Shown here: one piece after another, positions 17,893 through 28,476 of the stretch
Layout of the letters: every line of letters begins with the position of its first letter
Numbering within the stretch: position 1 is the stretch's first letter
NCBI GenBank assembly: GCA_937910235.1
Contig: CALENB010000193.1
Coordinates: forward strand, 2,341-66,340
Source of the DNA: an uncultured Myxococcales bacterium
GTDB lineage: Bacteria; Myxococcota_A; UBA9042
DNA length: 64,000 nt
Direction of reading: 5' to 3'
Notes under the pieces: generated by a model
Told to the model about the DNA's origin: nothing
Databases searched by the model: none
The model's input: only the letters and a program-made list of their open reading frames with translations
Translations under genes and position numbers: made by a program

Positions 17893-19496
17893 ACGTGGTC
17901 TTCGGCAAGCGTGGACGGGCCATGGTCGCCATCGCTGTCGCTGTCGTTGTCTGTGGTCTGGGCGCGCTCGCGCTTGGCGGCTGCGGTTCCGCGCATCGCG
18001 CATCACAAGGGAGTCCGCCTATGACTACACAGGCCAAGGGGCCGCTCGCCCCGCCGAGCGAGGAGCTGGGAGCTGGCCACGGCGTGGCGCTGGGCGCGGT
18101 GTTCGCCGGCGGACCCGCGTCTCCGACGACGCCCGCCGGGGCGCTTCGCCTAGCTACGGACGCCGCGCGCCTGCTGAAGGTGCCGGCCGGAATTCGCCTG
18201 GTGCGGGTTTTTGCCTTCGCTGGCGGATTCGCACAGCAATGGCAGCTCGCCAACGGGTTGCGCGTGGTGCTGGTGCCAGACGCCAAGGCCCTTGTTGTGG
18301 CCTATCAGACCTGGATCGCAGCCGGATCTGCCGATGAGTTGGCGGGCGCGACGGGGGCCGCGCACCTGCTCGAACACCTCATGTTCAAGTCCGCCGAGAC
18401 ACAACCCGCGGGGGCCTTCGATCGCATGTTGGAGGCGTTCGGAGCGAGCGCGAACGCCACAACCTGGCTCGACTGGACCGCCTTCCACGAGGTGATCTTG
18501 CCCAGTCGCGTGGCGGAGGTGGCCGCGTTGGAGGCCGACCGGCTCCACAGGATTCGTTTTGAGCCAGCCGGCGTCCGCGCTGAGCTTGGCGTGGTCCGCA
18601 ACGAGCGCAGCGAGACGGTTGACGACGACCCTGACGCGGCCCTCGCCGAAGTGCTGTATGCCGCCGCTTACGGCAGCGCGCCGTACGGACACCCGACCAT
18701 CGGTTGGGATCGCGACCTCGCCCGCCTGCGGGCCAAGCAGGCCAAGGCCTTCTACACCAGCCACTACGGGCCGGACACGGCGTGGTTGGTGCTGGCCGGA
18801 GCCGTCGACACGGCCGCAGTATTGACCGCGATTGTCGGGAGCTACGGCGCCATCCCCAAACCGAAGACGCCAGCGCCCAAGCGCCGCACGGCGACGCTGC
18901 CGAAGCTCGGCATGGCGGCGAAGGTCGTGCGCATCGACGCCGAGGCCGATCGACTCCTGGTCGGCTGGCGCACGGTTCCTGCCAGCCACCCCGACCACCC
19001 GGCCTTGACGGTGCTCGCGGAGGTGCTCGCGAACTCGGCGTCGGCGCGGCTGTCGGACGCGCTGATCCACCAACATCGGCTCGCCTCCCACGTCGCAGCA
19101 GAGATCCCGGCGACACGTGACGCGGCGCTGCTCGAGGTCCACGTTGAGCTGCTGCCCAGCAAACATGCGGCGGACGCTGAGCGCGCCTTGGATAAGGTCG
19201 TCAGCGCGTTGTTGACCGGCAAGCCGGTGACGGCGGCAGAGCTCAGCGGCGCGCGCAACCGGCTGCTGGCCGAGCGCTACGCGGTTTTGGCGAGCGCGGA
19301 AGGTCGCGCGGACGCCCTCGGCATGTTCGCTGCCGTCCTCGACGACCCGACGGCGTACGTCCGATGGTGGCAGGCGGTGCGAACCGTCACCGTCGCCGAC
19401 CTGCAGCGCGTCGCCAAGACGTGGCTAGTAGCGGCCAATCGGGTCGTAGTGTATGGCCAGGCCGAGGTGGGTCACGGCGTGGAGCTCCGCCAATGA
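17889..19496 (+). CDS. M16-family zinc metallopeptidase (pitrilysin-like), catalytic subunit, lipoprotein
   Basis: Inverted zinc motif HxxEH (GAAHLLEHLMFKS) with a downstream Glu (NERSE). Lipoprotein signal peptide (MVAIAVAVVVCGLGALALGGC). Confidence 0.8.
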   Translation: MNVVFGKRGRAMVAIAVAVVVCGLGALALGGCGSAHRASQGSPPMTTQAKGPLAPPSEELGAGHGVALGAVFAGGPASPTTPAGALRLATDAARLLKVPAGIRLVRVFAFAGGFAQQWQLANGLRVVLVPDAKALVVAYQTWIAAGSADELAGATGAAHLLEHLMFKSAETQPAGAFDRMLEAFGASANATTWLDWTAFHEVILPSRVAEVAALEADRLHRIRFEPAGVRAELGVVRNERSETVDDDPDAALAEVLYAAAYGSAPYGHPTIGWDRDLARLRAKQAKAFYTSHYGPDTAWLVLAGAVDTAAVLTAIVGSYGAIPKPKTPAPKRRTATLPKLGMAAKVVRIDAEADRLLVGWRTVPASHPDHPALTVLAEVLANSASARLSDALIHQHRLASHVAAEIPATRDAALLEVHVELLPSKHAADAERALDKVVSALLTGKPVTAAELSGARNRLLAERYAVLASAEGRADALGMFAAVLDDPTAYVRWWQAVRTVTVADLQRVAKTWLVAANRVVVYGQAEVGHGVELRQ

Positions 19497-21061
19497 AGCG
19501 CGGTCGGCGTCGACGCCAGACGGCCACGCGGACCGCAGCGTGGGCCCTTGTGTGCATCGGCTCGACCTTCAGTTCCCCGCACGGAGTCGTTTCGATGACC
19601 GAAGCTCAGACGCCCACCCCGAAAGCCGCGCGCGTTGCCCATCCGCCCGGCGTTCGCAAATCTGCCCGCCCCGCCAAGAAGCCTGAGTTGGCGCTCACGG
19701 TCGTGACGCGGCAGTGGCCGCCGCTTGTGCATGTCCGCCTACGCCTGAAGTCCGGCACGTTCGCCGACCCAAGTGGGCGCGAGGGACAGGCCGCGCTATG
19801 TTGGCGTGCAGCGATCCGCGCTGGCGGTGGTCGCTCACAGACGCAGTTCGCGCAAGCCATGGACGCCTTGGGCGGCAGTCTGGAAGTGCGGGTCGGCCGA
19901 CACGACACGTTATTTGAAGGGATGACCCTCGCGACCGAGCTCGAGCCCTTCCTAGCGCTGTTGGCGGACACCGTGTTTCGACCGCGCCTCGCAGAGGAGG
20001 ACGTCGCTCACGCTCGGGCCCAGCAGCTCGCCGATGTGGCGGCGCGCTACGACGACGATGATGCGCTCGCCCATGAGGCCTTGGTGCGATTCGCCCATCG
20101 TGACGGCGCCGCAGGGCGTGCCGCGGACGGCGACCCCAAGTCGCTCGCAGGGATCACGGCGGCCCACTGCGTCGCCCATCACCGCGCAGTGCTCCGCGCT
20201 GCCGTGCCGCATTTTGGCTTCGCCGGCGCCATCACGGCCGACCGCGCCGCCATCGCCGTGCGCGCCCATTTTGGCGCCCTGCTCACCGCGCGCACCAAGG
20301 TGGCGTTGGCGCGCAATCGTCCACTGACGCCGCCGAAAGTGGTGGGTCGCCGGCTGTTGCTGCTCGATCACCCGGGACGAAAGCAGGCTACGGTGATGCT
20401 GGGTTTTCCGACCGTCGGCTCCAAACATGTCGACCAGCTGGCCCTGCGGCTGGCCGACGCTGTGATCGGCGGATCGTTCAGCTCGCGGCTGAACCTCCGA
20501 ATCCGAGAGCAGCGGGGGTGGACGTACAGCCTGCACTCCTTCGTGCGCGCCAGCCCTGAGACTGGGATGTGGACCGTCAACTGGACGCCGCCGCGCGACG
20601 TCGCGCCACAGAGCCTCGATCTTGTCATGCGGATCGTCGAATTAGCCCGCAAAGACGGGATCTCCGCCGCGGAGACCGATTTTGGCAAGGGGTTCCTGAC
20701 GGGCGCGCTGCGCTACGATGCTGACACCGCCGAGGCCGAGCTGGAGCTGCGCATGCACGCGATCGCGCTGGGGCTGGGCGCCGACTGGCTCGACACCTAC
20801 GGCGCTCGTGTCGGGAGGTTGACGCGAAAGGCCGTGAGCGCCGCCCTGCGCGCCCACATCGACCCGTCGCGTGCCGTGGCCGTTGTCGTCGGCGACGCTC
20901 GCACGCTCTTGCCCGCGTTGATGGCCGCCCAAGCCGGATTCGCGGTCGAAGTGATGCCCTACCGCGGCGCGCCCGAGTCGGCCAAGGTCGTCGGCGTCCC
21001 GGTAACCCTGACCCCAGGCCCGAGCCCGGTCACGCCGGTCGTCGACGCCAAGACGCCATGA
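19493..21061 (+). CDS. M16-family peptidase, non-catalytic partner subunit
   Basis: Same M16 fold and length but no HxxEH motif. The internal ATG at 19493 overlaps the upstream stop (ATGA). This is the typical active/inactive M16 pair. Confidence 0.7.
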   Translation: MKRGRRRRQTATRTAAWALVCIGSTFSSPHGVVSMTEAQTPTPKAARVAHPPGVRKSARPAKKPELALTVVTRQWPPLVHVRLRLKSGTFADPSGREGQAALCWRAAIRAGGGRSQTQFAQAMDALGGSLEVRVGRHDTLFEGMTLATELEPFLALLADTVFRPRLAEEDVAHARAQQLADVAARYDDDDALAHEALVRFAHRDGAAGRAADGDPKSLAGITAAHCVAHHRAVLRAAVPHFGFAGAITADRAAIAVRAHFGALLTARTKVALARNRPLTPPKVVGRRLLLLDHPGRKQATVMLGFPTVGSKHVDQLALRLADAVIGGSFSSRLNLRIREQRGWTYSLHSFVRASPETGMWTVNWTPPRDVAPQSLDLVMRIVELARKDGISAAETDFGKGFLTGALRYDADTAEAELELRMHAIALGLGADWLDTYGARVGRLTRKAVSAALRAHIDPSRAVAVVVGDARTLLPALMAAQAGFAVEVMPYRGAPESAKVVGVPVTLTPGPSPVTPVVDAKTP

Positions 21062-21603
21062 ACGCCGCGGCTGCCGAGGCCCTCGCGACGCGCCACGGCG
21101 CGGGGCTCTGGCTGGTCCCGCATCAACCCGAGAGCGGCCCGTGGTTGACGCACCCTGCTCGGGTGGCGGCGCTGATGTCCGAGCTCGTCGTAGCCTGCGC
21201 TGGGCGACCGCTGGCCGGTGCAGCGCAGCAAGACGAGGCGCTCGCGCTCGCGTGGGTTTGTGATCTGCTCGCCGACACCGAGATCGGCGTGGCCGCGACG
21301 AACGCTGCGCTCGGTCGCAACTTGGGCGCGCTCACGCGCATGGCGTCGCGCGAGGTGCGAGGCGTCGAGAAGACCCGCAAGTCTGCCGAGGTGTATTGGC
21401 GCGTCGTGGGCCGCGGCCCGGTCTCGGTGCGCGCCGCCGCGGCCTGCACGTTGCTCGCGCGCATGGAGACAGCCCGGCGATGGCCGGATCGTCTCGATCT
21501 CGGCGCCTTGTGCGCGGAGGGCGTCACGCTGGCCCCACCACATCTGGTCGACTTGCCAGCCCTCGCGCGCGCGCTCCGCGCCGTCGTCGCCGCCTGCCAA
21601 TAA
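21058..21603 (+). CDS. Hypothetical protein, translationally coupled to the M16 pair
   Basis: Its ATG overlaps the upstream stop (ATGA). 181 aa, Ala/Leu-rich. Possible degenerate HD-like signature (LTHPARVAALMSEL...CDLLADTEIG). Weak evidence. Confidence 0.4.
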   Translation: MNAAAAEALATRHGAGLWLVPHQPESGPWLTHPARVAALMSELVVACAGRPLAGAAQQDEALALAWVCDLLADTEIGVAATNAALGRNLGALTRMASREVRGVEKTRKSAEVYWRVVGRGPVSVRAAAACTLLARMETARRWPDRLDLGALCAEGVTLAPPHLVDLPALARALRAVVAACQ

Positions 21604-21770
21604 CGTCCCGCTCGGCTTGTCGCGCAGGCAGTCCACCTCTACACTGGGCGCCCAACTTGATGGCTCGCGCTCCACCAGAGTGAATCCGCGGACGGCTCAA
21701 GCCGTTTGGGCGCCAGCTACGGTCGCACTCGCCACTCACTCGCCACGAGCCCCAATCCGGAGGATCCGCC

Positions 21771-22772
21771 ATGAAGACCACCCCAACCCGGCGCCTGCTC
21801 GCAGTCGCCACGCTGTGCGCCGCCGTCCTCTCAGCGTCCCCTGCCATCGCCTCGCCGATGAAGTTCAAGATCGCCTCTATCGCCCCACCCAGCACGCCGT
21901 GGGCCAAGTTGGTCCAACGCATCGAGCGCGAGTTTCGAAAGGCGGTGCCGGCTGACCAACTCAAGGTGAAGTCGTATCTCGGCGGCGCCCTCGGTGGCGA
22001 GAAGGATCTTGTGCAACGTTGCCTCGCCGGCGGTCTCGGCATGATCGGCGTGACGTCGGGCGCGATCGCGACGGTCGTGCCGGAGCTCAACGTGCTCGAG
22101 CTGCCCTACCTCTGGGACAACGCCAAGCAGGTCGATCGTGCGCTGGCCGGCCCGCTCGGCGCTGCGCTCAAGGTCGCGCTTGAGAAGAAGGGATTTGTGC
22201 TCTACGTCTGGTCCGAGAACGGTTTTCGTCACTTCGCCACGCGCGATCGCTTCATTCACAAGCCCAAGGACTTGAAGGGCCTCCGGATGCGCGCCCAACC
22301 GAGCTATGTGCACACGTCCATGTACAAGGCGTTCGGCGCCGCGGCCAACCCAATGCCAGCGCCCGAGGTCCCAGGCGCCCTGAGCTCAGGTGTCGTCGAT
22401 GGCTACGACAACTCTCTGCTCTATGCCTACGCGACCCAGTGGTACAACTCGATCAAGTACCTGACGCTGAGCAAACACATCTATCAGCCCGCCGTGATCG
22501 TCTTCTGCAAGAAGGTCCACGACAAGCTGCCCGCCGAGATGCGCGTCAAGATGATGGGGAAAGCCAACAAGATCGAGCAGGCCGGGCGCTCGATGGTGCG
22601 CAAGGGCAACCGCGCCGCGCAGGTGAACCATGTCGCGTCCGGCGTCAAAGTGGAGGCGCAGAAGAATCGCGCCGCGTTCAAGGCGAGCGCGCAGGTCGTG
22701 TGGGCTGAGTTCGTCCGCAAGACGCCCGACGGCGCCAACCTCTTGAAGCTCGCAAAAGCAGCCGCAAAGTAG
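21771..22772 (+). CDS. dctP: TRAP transporter substrate-binding protein, DctP family
   Basis: Signal peptide followed by DctP-family conservation (YLGGALGGEKDLVQ, NVLELPYLW, FATRDRFIHKPKDLKGLRMRAQPS). Confidence 0.85.
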   Translation: MKTTPTRRLLAVATLCAAVLSASPAIASPMKFKIASIAPPSTPWAKLVQRIEREFRKAVPADQLKVKSYLGGALGGEKDLVQRCLAGGLGMIGVTSGAIATVVPELNVLELPYLWDNAKQVDRALAGPLGAALKVALEKKGFVLYVWSENGFRHFATRDRFIHKPKDLKGLRMRAQPSYVHTSMYKAFGAAANPMPAPEVPGALSSGVVDGYDNSLLYAYATQWYNSIKYLTLSKHIYQPAVIVFCKKVHDKLPAEMRVKMMGKANKIEQAGRSMVRKGNRAAQVNHVASGVKVEAQKNRAAFKASAQVVWAEFVRKTPDGANLLKLAKAAAK

Positions 22773-22853
22773 GGTCCACTCGCGCAGGGTGAGGAAGACC
22801 ACTGGGCCTCGGTCGCGCTGCGCAAGCGGTGCGCGCCGCGGCAGGGGAGCCGC

Positions 22854-23882
22854 ATGGCCAGCAATCCTTTCGACAACACCGTGCTGCGGTTCGACGACGG
22901 TTTTGAACGTCTGGATCGGCGCGTCTTCCGCGTCGAAGCCGGCGTCATGACGTTCGCGTTGCTCGCCATGTCGCTGACGACGTTCCTGAAGATCATCTAC
23001 GAAGCGGTCGTGGCCGATCGCAACTTCGTCGACCTCTTCCTGCTGCGGTGGCTGCACGGGACCGCCACCCCGCCTTCCGATGCGCTGCTGGCCCAGGTCA
23101 AAGGCGTCTATTCGCCCGCGATTGTCGGCTTCGTCATCGTTTTTGTCGGGATCGCCGCGGCGCGCACCATCGCCCGTCAGCTCGCCTCCAAACGCAGCGA
23201 GGACCCGTCAGCCCCCCCCCCACCGTGGCGTCTCGCGGACCTCGGCCTCGGCCTCGCCATCGCGGCCGGATTTGTCTTGCTCGGCAGAATGGTCGTCACC
23301 GTGCCGAGCGCGATGATGTGCGCGGCCATGTACGTCATCGCGCTTGCGCTCTTTGCCCACCGCGCCCACCGTCACGGTGACCTGACGCCCTTCCTGGCGA
23401 CTTGGCTCGTCTTGTCGGTGCCGGTCGGCGTGCTGATCAGCCGGATTCCCACGCAGTACGCTTGGGTCAACGATCTGTCCAAGATGCTGATCATGTACGT
23501 CGGTTTTCTCGGCGCCTCGATGGCGAGCCGTGAACGGAAACACATCGTGCTCAACTTCGGTCGTCGGCTCTGGCCGAGCGCGGCGAAGCGCTACGTCGAG
23601 GCGTTCAGTCTTTTTGTGTGGCTGCTGTTCGACGTCCTGCTGCTCGTGCTCGCGGCGCACCTGATGCAGCTGCAAATCGAGGCGGGCTCAACGCTCTCCA
23701 TCTTGCCGGTGGCCGAGTACAACATCGTGCTGCCGGTGGTGATCAGCTTCGCGATCATGTCGGTTCGTGTCGGCGCCGATCTCGTGCGCGTGCTCTCCGG
23801 CGCGGAGACAGCGCCACCAGCCCCAGATCCCGACGCGGTCGCGTCTGACGCTGGCGCCGACACGGGCGAGGTGGCGGCATGA
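22854..23882 (+). CDS. dctQ: TRAP transporter small permease, DctQ family, extended
   Basis: Several TM helices. The DctQ-like N-terminus (LDRRVFRVEAGVMTFALLAMSLTTFLKIIYEAVV) is followed by extra TM segments. At 342 aa it is about 1.5-2x the typical DctQ length. Confidence 0.7.
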   Translation: MASNPFDNTVLRFDDGFERLDRRVFRVEAGVMTFALLAMSLTTFLKIIYEAVVADRNFVDLFLLRWLHGTATPPSDALLAQVKGVYSPAIVGFVIVFVGIAAARTIARQLASKRSEDPSAPPPPWRLADLGLGLAIAAGFVLLGRMVVTVPSAMMCAAMYVIALALFAHRAHRHGDLTPFLATWLVLSVPVGVLISRIPTQYAWVNDLSKMLIMYVGFLGASMASRERKHIVLNFGRRLWPSAAKRYVEAFSLFVWLLFDVLLLVLAAHLMQLQIEAGSTLSILPVAEYNIVLPVVISFAIMSVRVGADLVRVLSGAETAPPAPDPDAVASDAGADTGEVAA

Positions 23883-25846
23883 TCGGTCTGCTCACCACCC
23901 TCTTCCTCATCCTGCTCGATCTGCCTCTGTTCGTGATCCTCGCCGGGCTCACGATGGCGCTGTTCTGGGTCAACCCACACCCAGGTAGCGAGCAGTTTCT
24001 CACCAGCTGGATCGACTTTTCCAACAACTTCAACATGCTCGAACGAGCGGTAGGCCTCGCGCAGCAGCCGACCCTCATCGCCATCCCTTTTTTCACCCTC
24101 GCCGGCACGTTGATGAGCCGCGGCTCCATCGCCGAGCGCCTCATCAAACTCGCCGACGCCATGTTCGGCTGGTTGCCCGGCGGCCTCGCCATCTCGACCG
24201 TCGCCGCATGCGCCTTATTCGCCGCGATCTCGGGGTCATCGCCCGTCACAGTGATCACGATTGGCACCGTGATGTATCCAGCGCTGCTCGCCCGCAAGTA
24301 CCCCGAGCGCTTCAGCCTGGGGTTGGTCACCTCCGCCGGCTCCCTCGGCATCATCATCCCGCCGTCGATCCCGATGATTGTCTACGCGATCTTCGCCACG
24401 CAGGCGGGCGCCCCCGTCAAAGTCGAGGAGCTCTTCATCGCTGGGTTCTTGCCGGGCTTGCTCATCGCGGTCGCCTTGACCCTCTATTGCCTCGCCATCG
24501 GTTGGCGCTTTGAGCGCGAGAAGTTCGACTTTCCGGCCATCTTCGTCGCCCTGCGTGAGGCGTCGTGGTCGCTCGTGGTGCCGGTCGTCATCCTCGGCGG
24601 CATCTACCTCGGCGTGTTCGACACGACAGCCGCGGCCGCCATCGCCGTCATCTTGGCGCTGCTCATCGAGCTGTTCATCCACCGCTCCCTCAAGTTCGAT
24701 GACCTGCCGTCGGTGATGGTCGAGTGTGGCGTGCTCATGGGCGCAGTGCTCGTGATCATCGGCGTGGCGCTCGGCATGAGCGAGTACCTGACCATCCACC
24801 AAATCCCCGACCAGATCGTCGCGTGGCTGCGCAGCAACGACCTGAGCCCGGTCACGTTCATCATCCTGCTCGACGTGATCTTGCTGGTTATCGGCTGCCT
24901 GATGGACATCATCAGCGCGATCATCTTGTTTGTGCCGCTCTTTGTGCCCATCGCGCTGGCGCTCGGTTTTGACCCGATCCACATCGGCCTGATCTTCATC
25001 GTCAACCTTGAGATCGGCTACCTGACGCCGCCCATCGGCCTCAACCTCTTCGTCTCCGCGGGGCTCTTCAACAAGACGTTCGGCTACACCTTGCGCGCCG
25101 CCGCGCCCTTTGTGCTGGTGATCTTCGTGTGTCTGGCCATCGTGACGATGGTCCCGGCGATCCCGCTCTCGCTCGTGAATCTGACGCGCCCGGAGTCCAA
25201 GCGCGTGAGCATGGCGTTTCCGTCTGCGCTACCCACGGGTTCTCAGCCCACGGGAGCGCTCCTGGGCGCCCCGGCGGCGACTGACGTGATGAAGCTCGCC
25301 AGTCCCAAAGTCGAAGAGAAGCCTGGCGAAGGCACGATGAAGTCCGTCACACAGGTGATGGCCGAGTCGCGCGAGTCTGGGATCGTGGGCGGCGTCGTCA
25401 TGGGCGAGGACTTCGAGCCGGTCGGGACGTTGATGCAGCGGATGAAAGCGCCGGATGGCACCCTCCGCACCGCCGTCTTGATCGCAGACCTGGGCCTCTG
25501 CGGGGAGCCGGAGGAAGGCGACACGTATCTTCCGGACGACGGCACGCTGCTGCTGCGCCTCTGGCTGCCGAACGGCATGAAGCCGGGGACCTACGCGGTA
25601 CCTGGCCAGGCGCAGGTGGATTTTGGCGCGATGGCCGACGGCGCGCTCACCGTGCGTGGCAAGGCCAGCGCTGGTCAGGTGATCCTCATCGCTGGACCAG
25701 CGCACGAGAAGGGTGCGTTCGGTGTATTCTCGGTGACCTTGGACGGTAAGAAGGTCGACGGCAAGTTCAAGCCGATGCCCTGCGAGGTTGATAAACCGGC
25801 CTTCGGCGGCCTCCCGCTCGCCACGCCAGCCACGCCCGCGCGATAG
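23879..25846 (+). CDS. dctM: TRAP transporter large permease, DctM family, fused to a roughly 220-aa C-terminal soluble domain
   Basis: A DctM core of about 430 aa runs to about LSLVNLTRPESKR. It continues in-frame without a stop into a non-membrane segment of about 220 aa (GEDFEPVGTLMQRMKAPDGTLRTAVLIADLGLCGEPEEGDTYLPDDGTLLLRLWLPNGMKPGTYAVPGQAQVDFG...). The start overlaps the dctQ stop (ATGA). Confidence 0.8.
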   Translation: MIGLLTTLFLILLDLPLFVILAGLTMALFWVNPHPGSEQFLTSWIDFSNNFNMLERAVGLAQQPTLIAIPFFTLAGTLMSRGSIAERLIKLADAMFGWLPGGLAISTVAACALFAAISGSSPVTVITIGTVMYPALLARKYPERFSLGLVTSAGSLGIIIPPSIPMIVYAIFATQAGAPVKVEELFIAGFLPGLLIAVALTLYCLAIGWRFEREKFDFPAIFVALREASWSLVVPVVILGGIYLGVFDTTAAAAIAVILALLIELFIHRSLKFDDLPSVMVECGVLMGAVLVIIGVALGMSEYLTIHQIPDQIVAWLRSNDLSPVTFIILLDVILLVIGCLMDIISAIILFVPLFVPIALALGFDPIHIGLIFIVNLEIGYLTPPIGLNLFVSAGLFNKTFGYTLRAAAPFVLVIFVCLAIVTMVPAIPLSLVNLTRPESKRVSMAFPSALPTGSQPTGALLGAPAATDVMKLASPKVEEKPGEGTMKSVTQVMAESRESGIVGGVVMGEDFEPVGTLMQRMKAPDGTLRTAVLIADLGLCGEPEEGDTYLPDDGTLLLRLWLPNGMKPGTYAVPGQAQVDFGAMADGALTVRGKASAGQVILIAGPAHEKGAFGVFSVTLDGKKVDGKFKPMPCEVDKPAFGGLPLATPATPAR

Positions 25847-25990
25847 CCTTACATCGACCCCGGCGTCGTCTCAGTCGTTGACAGTTCACCGCCCTCGCCC
25901 CTAGGGTGGCGGCCCGGGTGAGCTCGGCGGTTGCTTCGACGCGGGTCCCATCCCAACACCACCGGCCACGGCCAGGTACGTGAGGACCCC

Positions 25991-27616
25991 ATGGCGCGCA
26001 ACAAGCCCACCAAGTACATCTTTGTCACCGGAGGCGTCGTCTCCTCTATCGGAAAAGGCCTCAGCGCCGCCGTTCTCGGCGCGTTGCTCGAGGCCCGCGG
26101 GTTGACGGTCACCAACGTCAAACTCGACCCGTACATCAACGTAGACCCCGGAACCATGAGCCCGATGCAGCACGGCGAGGTCTTTGTGACCGACGACGGC
26201 GCGGAGACGGACCTCGACCTTGGCCACTACGAGCGCTTCACGACCGCGACGATGCGAAAGGCCAACAACTTCACGACTGGCCAGGTCTACGACGCGGTGA
26301 TCTCGCGCGAGCGTCAAGGCGGCTATCTGGGGCGGACGGTGCAGGTCATCCCGCACATCACCGACGAGATAAAGGACAAGATCAGGGCCGGTGCGGAAGG
26401 CGTCGACATCGCGATCATCGAGATCGGCGGCACGGTTGGCGACATCGAGTCGCTGCCGTTCATGGAGGCGATCCGGCAGATGCGGCTGCACGCTGGCTCG
26501 CGCAACGCCGTGAACATTCACGTCACGCTGCTGCCCTACATCAAGACCGCCGGCGAGGTGAAGACGAAACCAACGCAGCATTCGGTCAAGGAGCTGCGCC
26601 AGATCGGGATTCAGCCGGACATCATCCTGTGCCGCCACGATCACGAGCTTGAGAGCAACACGCGCGACAAGATCAGCCTGTTTTGCAACGTCGAGAAGCG
26701 CCACGTCATCCTCGCGCCGGACGTCGAGTGCATCTACGACCTGCCCGTCGTGCTGCATAAAAACGGGCTCGATGACGCCGTCGCCGATCTGCTGGATATC
26801 TGGTCGCGTGAGCCAGATCTCTCGGCCTGGGCGCGGTTCTCCCACACCTTCAAGACGACGGAGGTCCGCACGGTCATCGGCATCGTCGGCAAGTACGTTG
26901 AGTTGAAGGAGAGCTACAAGTCGCTGCACGAAGCGCTGGTGCACGGCGGCGTGGCGAACGGCTCCAAGGTCGAGCTGCGCTACATCGACGCGGAGTCTAT
27001 CGAGGCTGACGGCGCAGAAGCGCACTTGACCGGCCTGCAAGGCGTGCTGGTGCCCGGTGGGTTTGGCCAGCGCGGTGTTGAAGGCAAGATCGCAGCGGTG
27101 CAGCACGCCCGCGAGCGCGGGTTGCCCTTCTTCGGGATCTGCCTCGGCATGCAGATCGCCGTCATCGAGTTCGCGCGCAACGTGCTTGGACTGCAAGGCG
27201 CTCACTCCACGGAGTTTGTGCCGGAGGCCGAGGATCCGGTGGTGCATCTCATGGAAGACCAGCGCGACATTGAGCACAAGGGCGGCTCGATGCGGCTCGG
27301 TGCGTACCCGTGTCTGCTGACCGAAGGCTCGCTCGCCCATCGCATCTACGGCACGACGCGGATCAGTGAGCGCCATCGCCATCGCTACGAAGTGAACACG
27401 GCCTACGTCGAGAAGCTGCAGCTGCTGGGTATGCAGCTCTCGGGCATGAGCCCTGACGGCGCCCTGCCCGAGATGTGCGAGATCCCGGCGCATCCGTACT
27501 TTGTCGCGTGCCAGTTTCACCCAGAGTTCAAGAGCCGCCCGACGCGCCCGCATCCCCTGTTTACGCGCTTTGTGGCGGCGTGCCTCGCTGTGCACACCGA
27601 CATCGCAGCGGCCTGA
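25991..27616 (+). CDS. pyrG: CTP synthase
   Basis: N-terminus [16 protein letters not shown]. Glutamine amidotransferase domain with the catalytic GICLGMQ triad. Confidence 0.93.
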   Translation: MARNKPTKYIFVTGGVVSSIGKGLSAAVLGALLEARGLTVTNVKLDPYINVDPGTMSPMQHGEVFVTDDGAETDLDLGHYERFTTATMRKANNFTTGQVYDAVISRERQGGYLGRTVQVIPHITDEIKDKIRAGAEGVDIAIIEIGGTVGDIESLPFMEAIRQMRLHAGSRNAVNIHVTLLPYIKTAGEVKTKPTQHSVKELRQIGIQPDIILCRHDHELESNTRDKISLFCNVEKRHVILAPDVECIYDLPVVLHKNGLDDAVADLLDIWSREPDLSAWARFSHTFKTTEVRTVIGIVGKYVELKESYKSLHEALVHGGVANGSKVELRYIDAESIEADGAEAHLTGLQGVLVPGGFGQRGVEGKIAAVQHARERGLPFFGICLGMQIAVIEFARNVLGLQGAHSTEFVPEAEDPVVHLMEDQRDIEHKGGSMRLGAYPCLLTEGSLAHRIYGTTRISERHRHRYEVNTAYVEKLQLLGMQLSGMSPDGALPEMCEIPAHPYFVACQFHPEFKSRPTRPHPLFTRFVAACLAVHTDIAAA

Positions 27617-28476
27617 TGGCGGTAGGTACGCTCAGCGTCATCGCCACGCCAATCGGCAACCTCGACGACCTCAGCCCCCGCGCTGCGGCGGCGCTGGGTG
27701 AGGTCGCGCTGCTGTTTTGCGAGGATACGCGGCACACCGCGCGCCTGCTCAACCACATCGGCGTACGCCCGCCGTGTCGCGCGCTGCACGCGCACAACGA
27801 GAACGAACGCTTGGTGGAGGTGCTCGAGCGCCTAAGCGAAGGCGCGCACATCGGGCTCGTGAGCGACGCCGGCACGCCGTGCCTGAGCGATCCTGGGGCG
27901 CGGCTCGTCGACGCGGTCCACGCCGCCGGTCACACGGTCCACACCATCCCTGGTCCGTTTGCCGCCGCCGCCGGTCTGGCCGCCAGCGGTTTGTGCCCCA
28001 TGCCTTTCTCGTTCTGGGGCTTCCCGCCCAAGGCGCGCAGCGCGCGCAGACGATGGCTGGAGGCGCGCCTCACCACGGCGCCGGACGGCGGCATCATGAC
28101 CCACGCCATCTACATTCCAGGCCGTGATGTGCCCGCGATCCTCGAGGATTTGCACGAGATCGCCCCCGACGTGCGGGTCGTGGTGGCGCGCGAGCTGACC
28201 AAGCTGCACGAGGGCTACCTCCGCGGTCAGCCGGCCGCGGTGGCCGCAGCCATGCGGCCCGAGCAGGTCAAAGGCGAGGCGGTCTTGTTGGTCGAAGTCG
28301 CCGAGCCTATCCCGGGCGCCGCCGACACCGAAGTCGACATCGACGCGCAGATTCTCGAGGCCCAGCAGGAAGGCTCAGAGCGCAAACCGTTCCTCCGCGA
28401 ACTGGCGCGGCGCACTGGAATCTCCCGCCGTGATCTCTATCGTCGCTGGCTCGATCTCGCCGAAGAGCGACGCTAG
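27616..28476 (+). CDS. rsmI: 16S rRNA (cytidine1402-2'-O)-methyltransferase
   Basis: N-terminus GTLSVIATPIGNLDDLSPRAAAALGEVALLFCEDTRHTARLL, typical of RsmI (tetrapyrrole-methylase fold). Its ATG overlaps the pyrG stop (TGATG). Confidence 0.85.
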   Translation: MAVGTLSVIATPIGNLDDLSPRAAAALGEVALLFCEDTRHTARLLNHIGVRPPCRALHAHNENERLVEVLERLSEGAHIGLVSDAGTPCLSDPGARLVDAVHAAGHTVHTIPGPFAAAAGLAASGLCPMPFSFWGFPPKARSARRRWLEARLTTAPDGGIMTHAIYIPGRDVPAILEDLHEIAPDVRVVVARELTKLHEGYLRGQPAAVAAAMRPEQVKGEAVLLVEVAEPIPGAADTEVDIDAQILEAQQEGSERKPFLRELARRTGISRRDLYRRWLDLAEERR

